A stretch of 64,000 nt of DNA from Phoronis australis (Eukaryota > Animalia > Phoronida), in assembly GCA_002633005.1 (NCBI GenBank), contig NMRA01000064.1, positions 690,360 to 754,359 on the forward strand, written 5' to 3'. The notes beneath the pieces are model-generated. The model saw only the letters and a program-made list of their open reading frames with translations, was not told where the DNA came from and made no database searches. The translations under genes and the position numbers were made by a program. Positions 1 through 13,100 of this stretch are shown piece after piece (position 1 is the stretch's first letter; each line of letters starts with the position of its first letter).

Positions 1-348
1 GTGTTCACATAGGTATACACGTTGTTTATGTGTTCACATAGGTATACACGTTGTTTACGTGTTCACATAGGTATACATGTTGTTTATGTGTTCACATAGG
101 TATACACGTTGTTTACGTGTTCACATAGGTATACACGTTGTTTACGTGTTCACATAGGTATACATGTTGTTTACGTGTTCACATAGGTATACATGTTGTT
201 TATGTGTTCACATAGGTATACATGTTGTTTGTGTTCACATAGGTATACATGTTGTTTATGTGTTCACATAGGTATACACGTTGTTTATGTGTTCACATAG
301 GTATACACGTTGTTTATGTGTTCACATAGGTATACATGTTGTTTATGT
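1..348. repeat. 29-bp tandem minisatellite (gtgttcacataggtatacacgttgtttat), runs off the window start
   Basis: About 12 visible tandem copies. Confidence 0.95.
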
Positions 349-551
349 ATATCTAGCACTTGTGCTAATGTTCTTTTGTTGTTATCTACCCACCCCAAAG
401 TCATACATTTGTATACAAAGCCAAAGTCGTTTGTTGTATGGCTACAATATCTTGTTTCAGAAATGTCTCTTTCCTGTTCTATCATTCATTCCCACAGTAT
501 CAATTGAAAACAGCCTGAACGTAATAGGCTGATACCAATGACTGACTTTAA

Positions 552-1005
552 GTATAGTAAACCCAAAAACTAACATATTTTTAAAATCTTTGGTGATCAT
601 ATAATCTTATTGCATGCACTGAACTTACAAACTTTGTTTATTTATTCTATAACCTACATACGTGTGTCTGGGATTTTTTTCAAAGGCCTTTTAGCCTCAG
701 AGCTCCATAGCCAAAAATCAAGGAACAGTGACATTTTCATTTTTGACAGCTGCGTTCTTGGACTAAAAAGCCTCAAAAAAGACACACCATTGTAGCTTAC
801 AGAACTTAGAAAAAAGGAGTTGCAAGTTTTGTGCAAAACAAATAGTTTGTGGAAATAATGGCAATTTGCGTGAAAAGTCTCCATTTTGAGAAAAATCAAT
901 CATGTGATTAGAAACATATGAGCATTGCCTTCATGCACGTAATATGATTCTGTATTCATCAAGTATTTTCAAAAATATAAAGTTTTATGATTCTTCAATT
1001 AATAC
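552..1005. mobile_element. TTAA-flanked MITE with imperfect long TIRs
   Basis: ttaa|gtat ... atac|ttaa with partial subterminal inverted similarity. Confidence 0.4.
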
Positions 1006-1055
1006 TTAAAAAGTTAGTTAAATTTTATCCTTGGTAACACAGGTAGACAACTACC

Positions 1056-1151
1056 TTAAAAGAAAGCCGCAACATTGTTACCTTCAGAATCAGAGTTAAG
1101 TGCCATGGCTTCATTGACCAATCGCCGAGCTTCCTCTAAGTTTGACTCGTC
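1056..1151 (-). CDS. STK31: STK31-like exon 25, probable last coding exon (DESNLEEARRLVNEAMALNSDSEGNNVAAFF*)
   Basis: tttcag acceptor; stop TAA at 1058-1056; an internal donor (GAAG|gtaaca at 1082/1081) is an alternative. Confidence 0.55.
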   Translation of the reverse strand, partial: DESNLEEARRLVNEAMALNSDSEGNNVAAFF

Positions 1152-4100
1152 CTGAAAGGTGACGTTACTTTTGCAGGAATTACATTTACATAACAGGCAC
1201 CACAGTAAGTAGTAAAGTTGTGAGTAGGCACTGTTTGAGAAAATCTCTGTTGAACTCACTGGCACTATTATTCAAACTACTGTTACATCGACTAAATTTT
1301 CAACATATAGTAAACAAAATATGGTATTGTATCAATAAGAATTATTAGTCTTCATACACGCCATATCTTGACCAGATCATGTGACCTATATTTAAGTCTG
1401 AAAAGTTATCTGCCCCAACTGGGGTTTGAACCCGGAACATTCTGCCAATTACAGAAATCCAAACATACTTAAATAGAAAGTATCTAACCCATACATGAAC
1501 TGTGTTGCTATAACAACACAATTATAAAATATGGTATTGTCACTAGAAGCTAATACTGCCAAAGTTGACCTGAGATCACAATTATCATAGAAGCCTATGC
1601 CAGGACCAACCTTAATGGCCACTGGTACAAGGAGATCAAGGTCACTGTCGTGAGGAACGTCTTGGTCCAGAAGTGATCCGACAGAGCTGGCATCAGACAC
1701 AGCGCCATCTGCTGCCTGCTCTGTATCGATGGAGACGGGTGGTGGCAACAGCTGTTCAATGGTTTGACTGCCTGTGGTAGCCGTGGTGACCGCCTGAGGT
1801 GGACTAGTCTCTGTGGTAACCACTAGAGGTGGACTGGTTCTAGTGCTCACCACAGGTGGTGAGCTCCCACCATTCTTCAAGATGGACACTGGACTACCAG
1901 ACGACATTCTCAGTAGAGGAGGGGATGTTCGTCTAAAACAGGTGACAACATACTGTATAAGCATGAATAAGCCACATGGGTCAATATGTGAAACCGCACC
2001 TGTATCCGGAATTAGACATATGCGCCTACATGCAAAATTCTTGTCTTGAATAAAAGATATTTGAAAAAACACATTGCATGCAGATATAGGCTCATGGGCC
2101 TAACCATGCTCATATATGGTAAACCTCAGTTCAAATATTGAAGTACAATTTATGCATAAGAATTATTCCTCATTACAAGATTATTCCTTACAGCCAAATG
2201 TTATCATAGACTATAGTACACGAACTGCCAATTGAGTATATATTTTCCACACACAAGACCTGCGAAGCTGCGGGCAAGTCCTTCGCCAGTAGAACCTGCC
2301 AAGTTGCTCGGTATGTGTGTCAGCTGATTATGGTTTGTGTTGTTAGTGTTTTGAATTTTGCATCATTGCACTTCCTCAACTATTGCCAAAATTATTCACA
2401 ACAACATAAACTCTACTAAAGGAAGATGTTGAACAGCTTTTCAATGCTGAACGAACTGCTAGTGCTAGGCAGTAACACAGATACCAGAATTTCCTGTCTG
2501 AATGCACTAACTGGACAATGAGATCAGCAAATGACTCCTCTGATGAGGATTTCATTATAAAGAAAACATAAGAATTGCAAATCTATGATCTTTATATGCA
2601 CAGCCATTTAAAAAGTAAAAGTATAATTCTGAGGCAGTAGCCCTGGGTCCTAATTAAATAAGTTGGAATTGTTTGGCAAAAATTGGGCAAGATCAGTGAA
2701 ACACAAGCCTCCAGTGTATGCGATTGTCTGCTTTCTGTGGAGAGAATGAAACACAAGCCTCCAGTGTATGCGATCGTCTGCTTTCTGTCGAGAGAATGGT
2801 GAAGAGCTAAGTTTCTGAGGTGGCATAAGGTCTTTAAGTTAACAATTTCGAAGTAAGCTTTGGCGACCTCAGATTTCGTTTGGCGCCACACGCGACTTGC
2901 CATCAAGCTAGGCATCAAGCACTGAGGTTGTTCAACATACCTGAGCTGAAGAGTATCAGACACAGGTGCAACAGGGCTTGTGTCCAATGTTTCAGGCGGT
3001 GAAGTGAAGTACGTCAACTTCTTTAGTTCCGCAGTGTTAGGGCGCATGCGAGGATCAACAACCAAGAGACTTCGAAGGACATCAGCCAGAGGATCAGCCT
3101 GTAATGCAGAGAAAAAGGGAGAAGGGTGGAAGGATGCACAAATTTCATTATAATAAACCAACATAATGTAACTGAACTCTTTCCCATCAGACAGAGAATG
3201 TAATTCATAGCACAAAATATCACATCACAAGACTTGTCAAGCTTTATCTACCATTTTAAGCACACAATGTGATACAGAGAGCGCAACATAGCTTTAACAA
3301 TCTTATAAGAGTTTGCTTTAGACAATAAGCAACACAGTACCTGAGTGATGGCAGATAAGTCAGGGATGCCGTTGATGACTTCAAATGACGTCAAAGGATA
3401 GTGTACCTGAAACATTAAAGTTGCCTTTCAATGCTTTTGTAGATCGAAGTCATACATACATGGCATCTACACGACTTTGGATTTTGCGAAAAAAATCTGC
3501 GTGAAATATTTACATTTAATATTTTGTAACACTAGGTGCAAGAATATTGTGAGCAGGTACACAGTATAATGCCCAAAGGGCGTTTCTATGGGCCCCATCC
3601 TATTCCCAAAGGGTGTTCCTATGGGCCCCATCCTATTCCCAAAGGGTGTTCCTATGGTCCCCATCAAACACTTAAAGTGTATTCCTATGGTCCCCATCAT
3701 ATTGTGGTAGTACTCACTACGTACTCAAGAATTTGGCCATGGCAGACCACAACTGAGTGGAAACTGAATAGGCCTAAATGTTGGGGACACCTGTTACACT
3801 CTGACTCAAAACATCATAGATGTTGTGGCTTTTGTTGCCAGTATTAGACAAAGTTGTCTAGATTCCAACAGTCTCCAGTCCATTTCATCGAGATTTTAGG
3901 ATGAATGTTCTAAGAATGCCATATGAAAACAACCAATAAAATTAGAATATGTTCTCCAGGATATACCTCAAGAATAACTTTTTCTTCCCACAAAAAGTAC
4001 TCACAGTACAGTTAATATGTCTTGCTAATGGACATTATGAAGCATAATTCAATGCGCAAACTCGCTGTTTGACTTGTCATAGCAGGAAAGTGATTATTAA

Positions 4101-7100
4101 TCCTATACACACCTTGTTGAGTTTTTTCCCTTTCCACGTTCCCTAAGTTTTCCGTGGATAGTGTACTCACCCAGAGAATGAGAAGTCCAAAACAGAACAT
4201 ATCTGTTTTCTCATTAGCACAGTCAGACCAGACCTCTGGTGCAACAAATTTGAGTCCATTAACTGTTGTGGGGCCACAGTGAGCACGCTGGGTCTGAGGG
4301 TAGAACAACACAGCACCGATACAATCACCAGCAGATGAGACATATAAAATACCTATTCAAGTTGAAAATTGACCTGCAAACTGACCAATCACTTTGCGTA
4401 TAATTCAAAAGTTTAATAATCAAATTGTGTAAAATGACTGGTCGATTTTCATGTTGAATCTCGAGTAAAATTTGCTCCTCAATTCAGAAATCAACACCAT
4501 AAAGTTTCAGAGTACCGTATTCGCAGTAATAACCGCCCAGGGTGCTTAGAAAAGTTCGTTTCAGGGGGCGGGGCTTATTATAACCCAAGACCATTGAAAC
4601 CCGGTCTCCGTAACGGGTGAAATCGGAAGCTAAGATTCATCACATTTACGCTCTGTGACGTATCTGTAATCTATGAAAGACTTACTACAAAATCGTGGTG
4701 CAATGCTATCAAACTTTGCTGCTAAATTACCATCATTCTACAGAAAATTGTGCTGAAATCCAAGGGCGAAAACTCGCCGACTGACTGCCTCGCAATCGTC
4801 AATATGGCGTCTTGAATGCTTGAATAAAAATAGTTTCGACTCGAGAGCAAATTACCTGAAATCCTCCTTAAGTTTTCCAAGTAGCGCCCCTAAGATGTTT
4901 AAGTTCCCGTGGAGTCGGGATTAACGGCAGGTTTAAGTACAAATCTGTGCTACATCGTGACATCTACATGTATGATCGACAACATGAGAAAAATGTCTCG
5001 ACGAACACACATGTTGTTGCCACGTGACGTTTGTTTTGAAGTTCGTCTGTGTTGAGTAAGCCAGCGCGTGCGTGTCACCAGAGTTTATTTGCCAGAGCAG
5101 AGACTGTCTTTTGACCAGAGCCCTGCAATCTAACGAGCTACTAGATGTGCTTTGTGTCTTAAGAAATTTGCACAAGCAGTAGGCCTAAACCAGAGCGTGT
5201 TTCATTCAGCACTTGCCGGTCTCATGTGCTAAAAACGTTTGACATTTGTCTCGGTAAGGCCCATATTAATTGCAGTGTGGCTGGATGCGTACATGACATT
5301 TATTTTTCGGTGTAAGGATGTGTACGCATTCACTGTCAGTGGTCATTTTATCGGATATTTGGCTTAAAAACACGAATTATGGTTAATCAAACAATTCATC
5401 TTAAAAATAACGCAAATATTTATTTTATAGTATTAGAAACTGTCAATATCCATTTCTTGTTGATGCTATGCTACCCATTTCATGAATGGATAGTTCCCGA
5501 CTAATGTCTTTGATGACAGGTTCATGTATGTAGCCCGCGCTTCCTGGCCACGTGCTTTTAACAAGGGCCAAGCTTTTTATTAGTCTTCGATTAGCGGTTT
5601 TCACATGTACAAAGAAATTTGGATTCCTGTTGAAAGCGGGAAATATCTACAAAGCAATCCCGTAGACAAGTACACTACGTCTGTTCTGAAAGGCCAGAAT
5701 ATTGGTCCTCAGAAGATCAGCGAAACTTTTGTGTTCGTCATTTTGAGGCATGGCAGAAGTTTGAAGAGTATGGTCACGGCTAAATACCGACATAGCGGCG
5801 AGGCTTGTGGTCTAAAAAATTCAGCGCACAATGATTTTTTCAGGACTGTCGGATATTATTGATAAATTGATGACGTTACTGTAGAATTTTAGGACTGTAG
5901 GTAAGGCATTTTTTGCACGTACATGTTCATGGAGTGGGCGCTTATTTAAGCAAAGTCTGAAAACGCGTGGGGGGGGTGTGCTTATAGGGGCATGGGGGGT
6001 TATTACGGCAAATACTGTAACTGAATTTGTGTTGCAGACACAAAATAAGTGTTTAAAATGGGCAGACTTGACTGGACTCATTACCTCAGACAGAGTGAAG
6101 TTGAAATCTCCCAGAAGGCCCTGCCCGTCGCGTACAAACACGTTTCCAGGATGTATGGCTGCATGAACCACTCCGGCCTTGTGCAAGTCAGCGAGGCCCT
6201 GAAGGACACCAGTCAACACATCATACTTCTCTTTTCTGGTCAGTGGCTGGTCAGTGCTGCTGACTCGCTTGGTCAAACTCTGCAGGTGAGAGAACTGGAC
6301 GTACGCCTGACAGGCGTTTTTATTGAAGAAGACAAAGTCCAGCGCCACCGTGTGGTCAGNAGTCTCATGTGCTAGAAACGTTTGACATTTGTCTCGGTAA
6401 GGCCCATATTAATTGCAGTGTGGCTGGATGCGTACATGACATTTATTTTTCGGTGTAAGGGTGTGTAAGCATTCACTGTCAGTGGTCATTTTATCCGATA
6501 TTTGGCTTAAAAACACGAATTATGGTTAATCAAACAATTCATCTTAAAAATAACGCAAATATGTATTTTATAGTATTAGAAACTGTCAATATCCATTTCT
6601 TGCTGATGCTATGCTACCCGTTTCATGAATGGATAGTTCCCGACTAATGTCTTTGATGACAGGTTCATGTATGTAGCCCGCGCTTCCTGGCCAAGTGCTT
6701 TTAACAATGGCCAAGCTTTTTATTAGTCTTCGATTAGCGGTTTTCACATGTACAAAGAAATTTGGATTCCTGTTGAAAGCGGGAAATATCTACAAAGCAA
6801 TCCCGTAGACAAGTACACTACGTCTGTTCTGAAAGGCCAGACCATTGGTCCTCAGAAGATCAGCAAAACTTTTGTGTTCGACATTTTGAGGCATGACAGA
6901 AGTTTGAAGAGTATGGTCACGGCTAAATACCGACATAGCGGCGAGGTTCGTGGTCTAAAAATTCAGCGCACAATGATTTTTTCAGGACTGTCGGATATTA
7001 CTGATAAATTGATGACGTTACTGTAGGTAAGGCATTTTTTGCACGTACATGTTCATGGAGTGGGCGCTTATTTAAGCAAACTCTGAAAACGCGTGGGGGG

Positions 7101-10100
7101 GTGTGCTAATAGGGGCATGGGCGGTTATTACGGCAAATACTGTAACTGAATTTGTGTTGCAGACACAAAATAAGTGTTTAAAATGGGCAGACTTGACTGG
7201 ACTCATTACCTCAGACAGAGTGAAGTTGAAATCTCCCAAAAGGCCCTGCCCATCGCGTACAAACACGTTTCCAGGATGTATGGCTGCATGAACCACTCCG
7301 GCCTTGTGCAAGTCAGCGAGGCCCTGAAGGACACCAGTCAACACATCATACTTCTCTTTTCTGGTCAGTGGCTGGTCAGTGCTGCTGACTCGCTTGGTCA
7401 AACTCTGCAGGTGAGAGAACTGGACGTACGCCTGACAGGCGTTCTTATTGAAGAAGACAAAGTCCAGCGCCACCGTGTGGTCAGAGGAAACATTATGGTA
7501 ATTCACAGCATTGCTGGTGAACACCTGCCTCTTTGAACTGTCGATGATGTACTCCTAAAACAAACGGAGTGATGCTTTTGGACAGTGTAACAGAAATTCT
7601 CCAATATTAAGTCAAATACACTAACCTGTTTCAGGTAAAGGTTCAACACTGTGAGTGTGTGCATTCTAGTGTCTGCACTATGATACAACACTGTGAGTGT
7701 GTGCGTTCTAGTGTCTGCACTATGATACAATCTGAACCTAGAAAAATAGGAATAAATTTCGAATTATACAAAGTGATATACTTTGTTTATACAGAAACAA
7801 GTTGCAAGAGTTGATATTAAATCAAAATTTTCATGGACAAGACACAGGCACAAGAAAAGCCTTTTCATAGTCAATATACAAGGTTTGCATGCTTATACAA
7901 GTTATACTTTCGCACATCTTGAAGCAAGTGACCAAAACCGTCAAGCACGTAAAAGAACCCCAGTTACTCCACTGAATTACCTTCAAGACAACTGGCTGCC
8001 CGTTGAACTCCGTCTTGATCACATTCTTGGCAGCCTCTCTGCCCCACCTCTCCTCCACCACATACTGATCAAGGTCCCGGCCAGACTTTACTAGGCCCTC
8101 TAGGCTGGCATCATCAGGGACACAGACCTCAGTGTGACGCACTACCAGTTCAGGGAAGTGGTGCTTCCACAGACGAGACAGCTCACACTGTAGGAAAATG
8201 GGTACAGCGATGGTGAACCCCCTTGGTGATGACCTCCATCAATGAGACGATATTTTGTCACCATGGCAACACAGAGGTAACGTGAAGCAGTTTTACCAAA
8301 ATCACTCAAATCTCTATGGCAGCCATGAATGGATTTCAAGTCACACACAAGTCACCGACACCCATATGTATGAGCAAAATTATGAGATGAACTTAAAGCA
8401 TGTAGTCCCATTAAATGAATACAAATGTAAAGGCAAGCCGATTATTTCACCAGAGTCAGAAAGAGAGGAAATGCATGACTTTAACCTTTACTCCATGACT
8501 CACCAGCTGTCGATCTTCTTCTATAAATGCCTTGTGCAGTTGGCGGCAGATATTTGTCAGCTCTATCTTTATTTCCTGCATTCCTTCCTGGTCACTCTCC
8601 TCAGACTGAGATAGAAAAGCACAACACATCCATTGTTAATAAGGAGTGACTGTTATTTATCAATCTCATTGCGATACTATCAACTATAGGGTATGGTCCC
8701 ATTAACAGTGCAAACAAAAGCAAAATGTCCACCCGTAAATACGAGCGACAGCATGTTCTGCACTCGCATTTCTAGATTTGGATTCGCAAAAAGTGACGAG
8801 AAAAAACCTAACATCTGCTTCGTGAGTGAGGTCAAATTTTACTCACATTTTACTTTAAATATCTACTTGTATTTCGAGCGTCTATTCGAGCCCTGATTAA
8901 ACACAGGGTGGACTATAACCATTCACAAACTTTCAAAGAGCGTTCCCACACACGGTGCAATATGGTGGTCTGGTCCACACTGATATGAACACACACACAC
9001 ACATACGTGCGACTATTATGTGCCGAGTTGCATAAAACTACCAAGTGAGACTAACAGTGTCACAGCAAGAACAACATGCTATTGTTTACGCAATGCACAT
9101 ATAATCTACTTAATTCATCTCTCAATTGATCAAACTGCACACTTTTGACATTTCTTCATTTCAACCAAACCACCGTTGTGTGGCAATGGCGTACCCGACG
9201 TAAATAAACCCCAACTCACGTCTTCCATATCCTGTTTATCAGCCAGCTTGTGCCTCAGTTTTGACTTTAGATTTTTGATAGTCTTGCGAACAACCTGCAG
9301 TCCAGTGATGTCCGGCTTAGTAGTCAGCCACTCACTGATGTCCACTATCATCAGCTTGTACTCTTCAAACAGACTCGTCAACTTGTCAATGTCCGTAAGT
9401 TCTTCCTGCATCTCAGCCAGAAGACAGTGTACCATGGATGAGAGGATGACTGTGTCACTACCATTGGCCTCCTGTCCATTAAAAGGTCAATAGGAATGAA
9501 CAAATTATTTTGTTATGGTGACAAGTTACAATATTTGAAAAAGGACACCCAGCCCATTGTAGAGTTGTAAGCCATTCACACCTCAAAACCCACTTTTGAT
9601 TTCAATCACTCATGCCCCAAAACTCACTTTTGATTTCAGCCACTCATTTGTATAAAATGGGTCTCATCTCACTAATTACTCAGATACGAAAAGGTTTCTG
9701 TCCCGAGAACTCTAGACCCGGACCATAAAGTTGCTAGTCAGGATGGCTAAGTTTCAGTAGTCAAGGCAGCATGACAGTCAGAGGAACTCCAATTTCAATT
9801 TAAATAAAGGATGAGAATGCGACGTTACATTGTAACACCAAAAGATAAAGTAGTTTTCAAAGTAACAGCTGTGACAAAAGTATCAATGCACAACACAGCG
9901 ACAATATAGCCATTTATTGTTGACTAGAACTCGTTTCAATTCAAGCAAAATCTCCTCAGGTTTCGCTCCATGCATTTTGTCAAAATCCCAACAACTTACT
10001 ATTAACACACGTCCATTCTCAAAAAAAAATATTGGCTACATGAAATGTCTCATTAAAAGCTCAAGTTGAGTTCAACAAAATGCTATTTGATTGTGACAAA

Positions 10101-13100
10101 AATTTGAATAAATTGTCGAGTCATTCTGGCAAGAAAATCTAAACTTGTCAGAGTCTGACAGTTCTGTCCAAACCTGTCTACTTTATTTTGAAAATTAATG
10201 TTTGCCTGCATTCCGGGCTTGGCTAGTTTAAACCCATAGGGGATAATAAAACACATATCTTCTTATATGGGACCATAAAACCCTTTATTAAGCTGTTTTT
10301 AACAATACAGTTCAACTGGAACAGTTGTATGATTAAGTGCAGGGTTCACAAAGAACTACTTCCAATAATGTTGCATGTCAATTTCAAAAGGCCTATCTTG
10401 TGTGAATGACGCCCATGGCTTACAACTGCCCATGAAATTCTAAGCCACCCAGCGGACCAGTTAACTCTTCCAAGCCCAAAAATGAATAGTTAAATACCAA
10501 GCAGGCATACTAACTGATAACTCTCAGGGCTTGGAATGACCAATGACAAAAAACGCGGAAAATTTTACGGCCCAAAACATGCGCGCTACCCAGCCTTGAA
10601 ATAGTCGATAAGAACCTTTCGCCGACAAAAATCGGTAGGAATTAAAAAAAAAAAAAAAACCCATTACTTCCATTAGTAGCATGCATCTGCGTCTTTTTAT
10701 CTTGTCCATCCACTCCTCCACTCCCACCCCCACACATTTTTGGCTGCGGAGCCGTAGTATTTGTCACCGCAGTTTACAATCACAGGAGACACCATTGAAA
10801 ATCCCACCACGCTATCACAGATGCCCCGGCATTGTTGACAATTTACGTTCCTCCGAAACATAAAGAGCAACTTCCGCTTTTCGAGGTGAACGTCGTCGGC
10901 AACGCCGCAGTAAGAAAGGAATTTGCCGTGGAAATTTTATATCAAATCCGATTTTTTTAACGTGGAAATATAATAAAATGCGCGGACAGAACATTTGAAA
11001 AAAGCGGAAATCCGCGTTTGCGCGGAAAATTCCAAGCCCTGAACTCTGGATTGTGCTGAATACATATGATAATTTGCAGCACATTTTAACAATTTAAAGA
11101 TAAGCAGTCATACTTGAAAATCAACTGCCTGGTTCCAACTAATTCTTTACTTACTTTGCAATGGGGGGACACCAGTACTAGTGTTACATCATAACAACAA
11201 GTCAGTGCAACACACTTGACAATCACAGTAAGATAGCATCAACAGTTTGTGCAACAAATACTGCTCCAGTGTGTTCTAATAAACAATGAACAAACCATAT
11301 TAGAGCATTCAATCTCATCGGAGAAATCTTTACTCAGTCTTGTCACCAGTTGATCCAGGTTGATGGGTTTATGAGGACTAGTGTCGCTACTCTTCAGGTC
11401 TAGAGACAGTTGCTGAAGTGGACAGAAATCAGGTTATTTTAATGACTTGATCACCGGCAAATACAGAAGCATGAAAGTATACTGTGCACAAATCAAAAGA
11501 TATTAAACTGCACTGTATCATGTCAAATCAAACTGTTACAACAATGTACTAAACATTACACACTTCACCATGACATCATTGAAAGTAGACACAAAATGAG
11601 GGCACGTACAAATAACGAGCTACCAATGCAGCATAGTAACATTCTTACTGAGCAAACGATAGTAAACTGTAATTGTGCACAGTTTTTTTATCTAAGGCAG
11701 CTTTGTAGGGATTGGACTCTATTCTGCCTACACACATGGACGTGTACAAAATCAACTTGATACACACATCATCTGGTGTCTAATGCGATGATAGATTAGA
11801 TGTTTGAAAAATGTTGTTCATGAACCGTAGAGAAAAAGCTTAAGTCGATCGACAATAATCGCATAATAATATACCCACAGTTTGACGCCCGTTATTCAGT
11901 GGAGAAAACTGGTTCTCAAAATGTGGGTACCGCATAGCTGACTAATACTGACATGGTGATCATATGCAACTGGTCAGAATGTCTATCATTTGTACATGAC
12001 TGTGTGGTGTGCTCTATACTAACACAAGTGTCACAGCAGTCAGGATACCATTGTGAGCATTTGTCACTACCTGTGCACATGTCAGATCAGTAGTTCATTA
12101 AACAGTTCATTAAGTACCTGTTGTAATAATCTTAGTGCACTCTCCACTGCATTGTGGCGCGTGTTGGTGCAGGTCCTCACAGACGACAAAATTTCATTCT
12201 TTTCTGCCTGCAAAAAGGGAAAAAATCACAAATTGCGACTGGAACAATGCCGCACGAAACTTTTCAGCATTTAGTAAAATTTCAAAGGTGAGAATTTTTT
12301 TATTCTAATACTCTGGGGAAACGTTTCGCTAGACCAACTCTGTACATCAGAACGAATTAGATTTCACTCTAATTTATTTGTACTAGCTTAAATTTTCATC
12401 TCCCCCTTAAACTCTTCACAGACGTCTTCTTGCAGTCTTGTCACATTACTGACTCGACTGAACTTTCCCAAAGCTTTCCTATTCTCGTTATTGTACAGCC
12501 GTAAGTGGTTCTATTGGCTAACAATTATAAGAATTTTTCAGGAATTTCATCACTGACACAGTAACGAGTTTCAAACGCAATTCTTTATCTGTACATTCAG
12601 GGGCAAGTCGTGTAACTTAGTATTCTATTAAGATCAACCACTAGCAGTGTGAGGCATATACAGACCCACTTTTGCTCCAAAGATCCAATACCTTATCTGC
12701 ATTGTACATTCTTCTCATCTTAATATTATTTGAATCATTAATGAAACCGATGAACTTTTTCACCAACAGACATTTTTCTGTTCATCTTAGACACGGAGCT
12801 TGAGAATGTGCTTTTATAATTTTCAGGACATATGTCAAACAGAAACATGTCTGTAATCTAGAAGGAATGTCCATAGGAACATACCAAGACATATATACAT
12901 GTAAATAACACAGCTAGCCTACTATTACTTGACGTTTTGGTCCACTTCACGACAAAGCAGTGAAGGATTTACACTTTACGGGGTCGAGGGCAATTTCGTC
13001 AAGGGAGGGGGGGAGGGGGGGCCCCCGAGGCCCAGCATGTATTGCCTATATGCACTTATAATACTGAAGTACTTGAAAAGTTGATATGCAAAGCTTTTCA

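Noticed and set aside
1-348. CRISPR-like regular repeat
   Set aside because: Head-to-tail tandem units with no unique spacers, in a eukaryotic context
281-532. Short ORFs at the window start
   Set aside because: Translations of the 29-bp minisatellite
1090-1151. Ubiquitin-interacting motif in the last exon (LEEARRL / EAMALNS)
   Set aside because: The conserved Ser spacing does not fit
5821-6348. Second kinase gene or mutually exclusive exon
   Set aside because: Truncated at a 1-nt gap and lacks an acceptor; most likely an allelic duplicate
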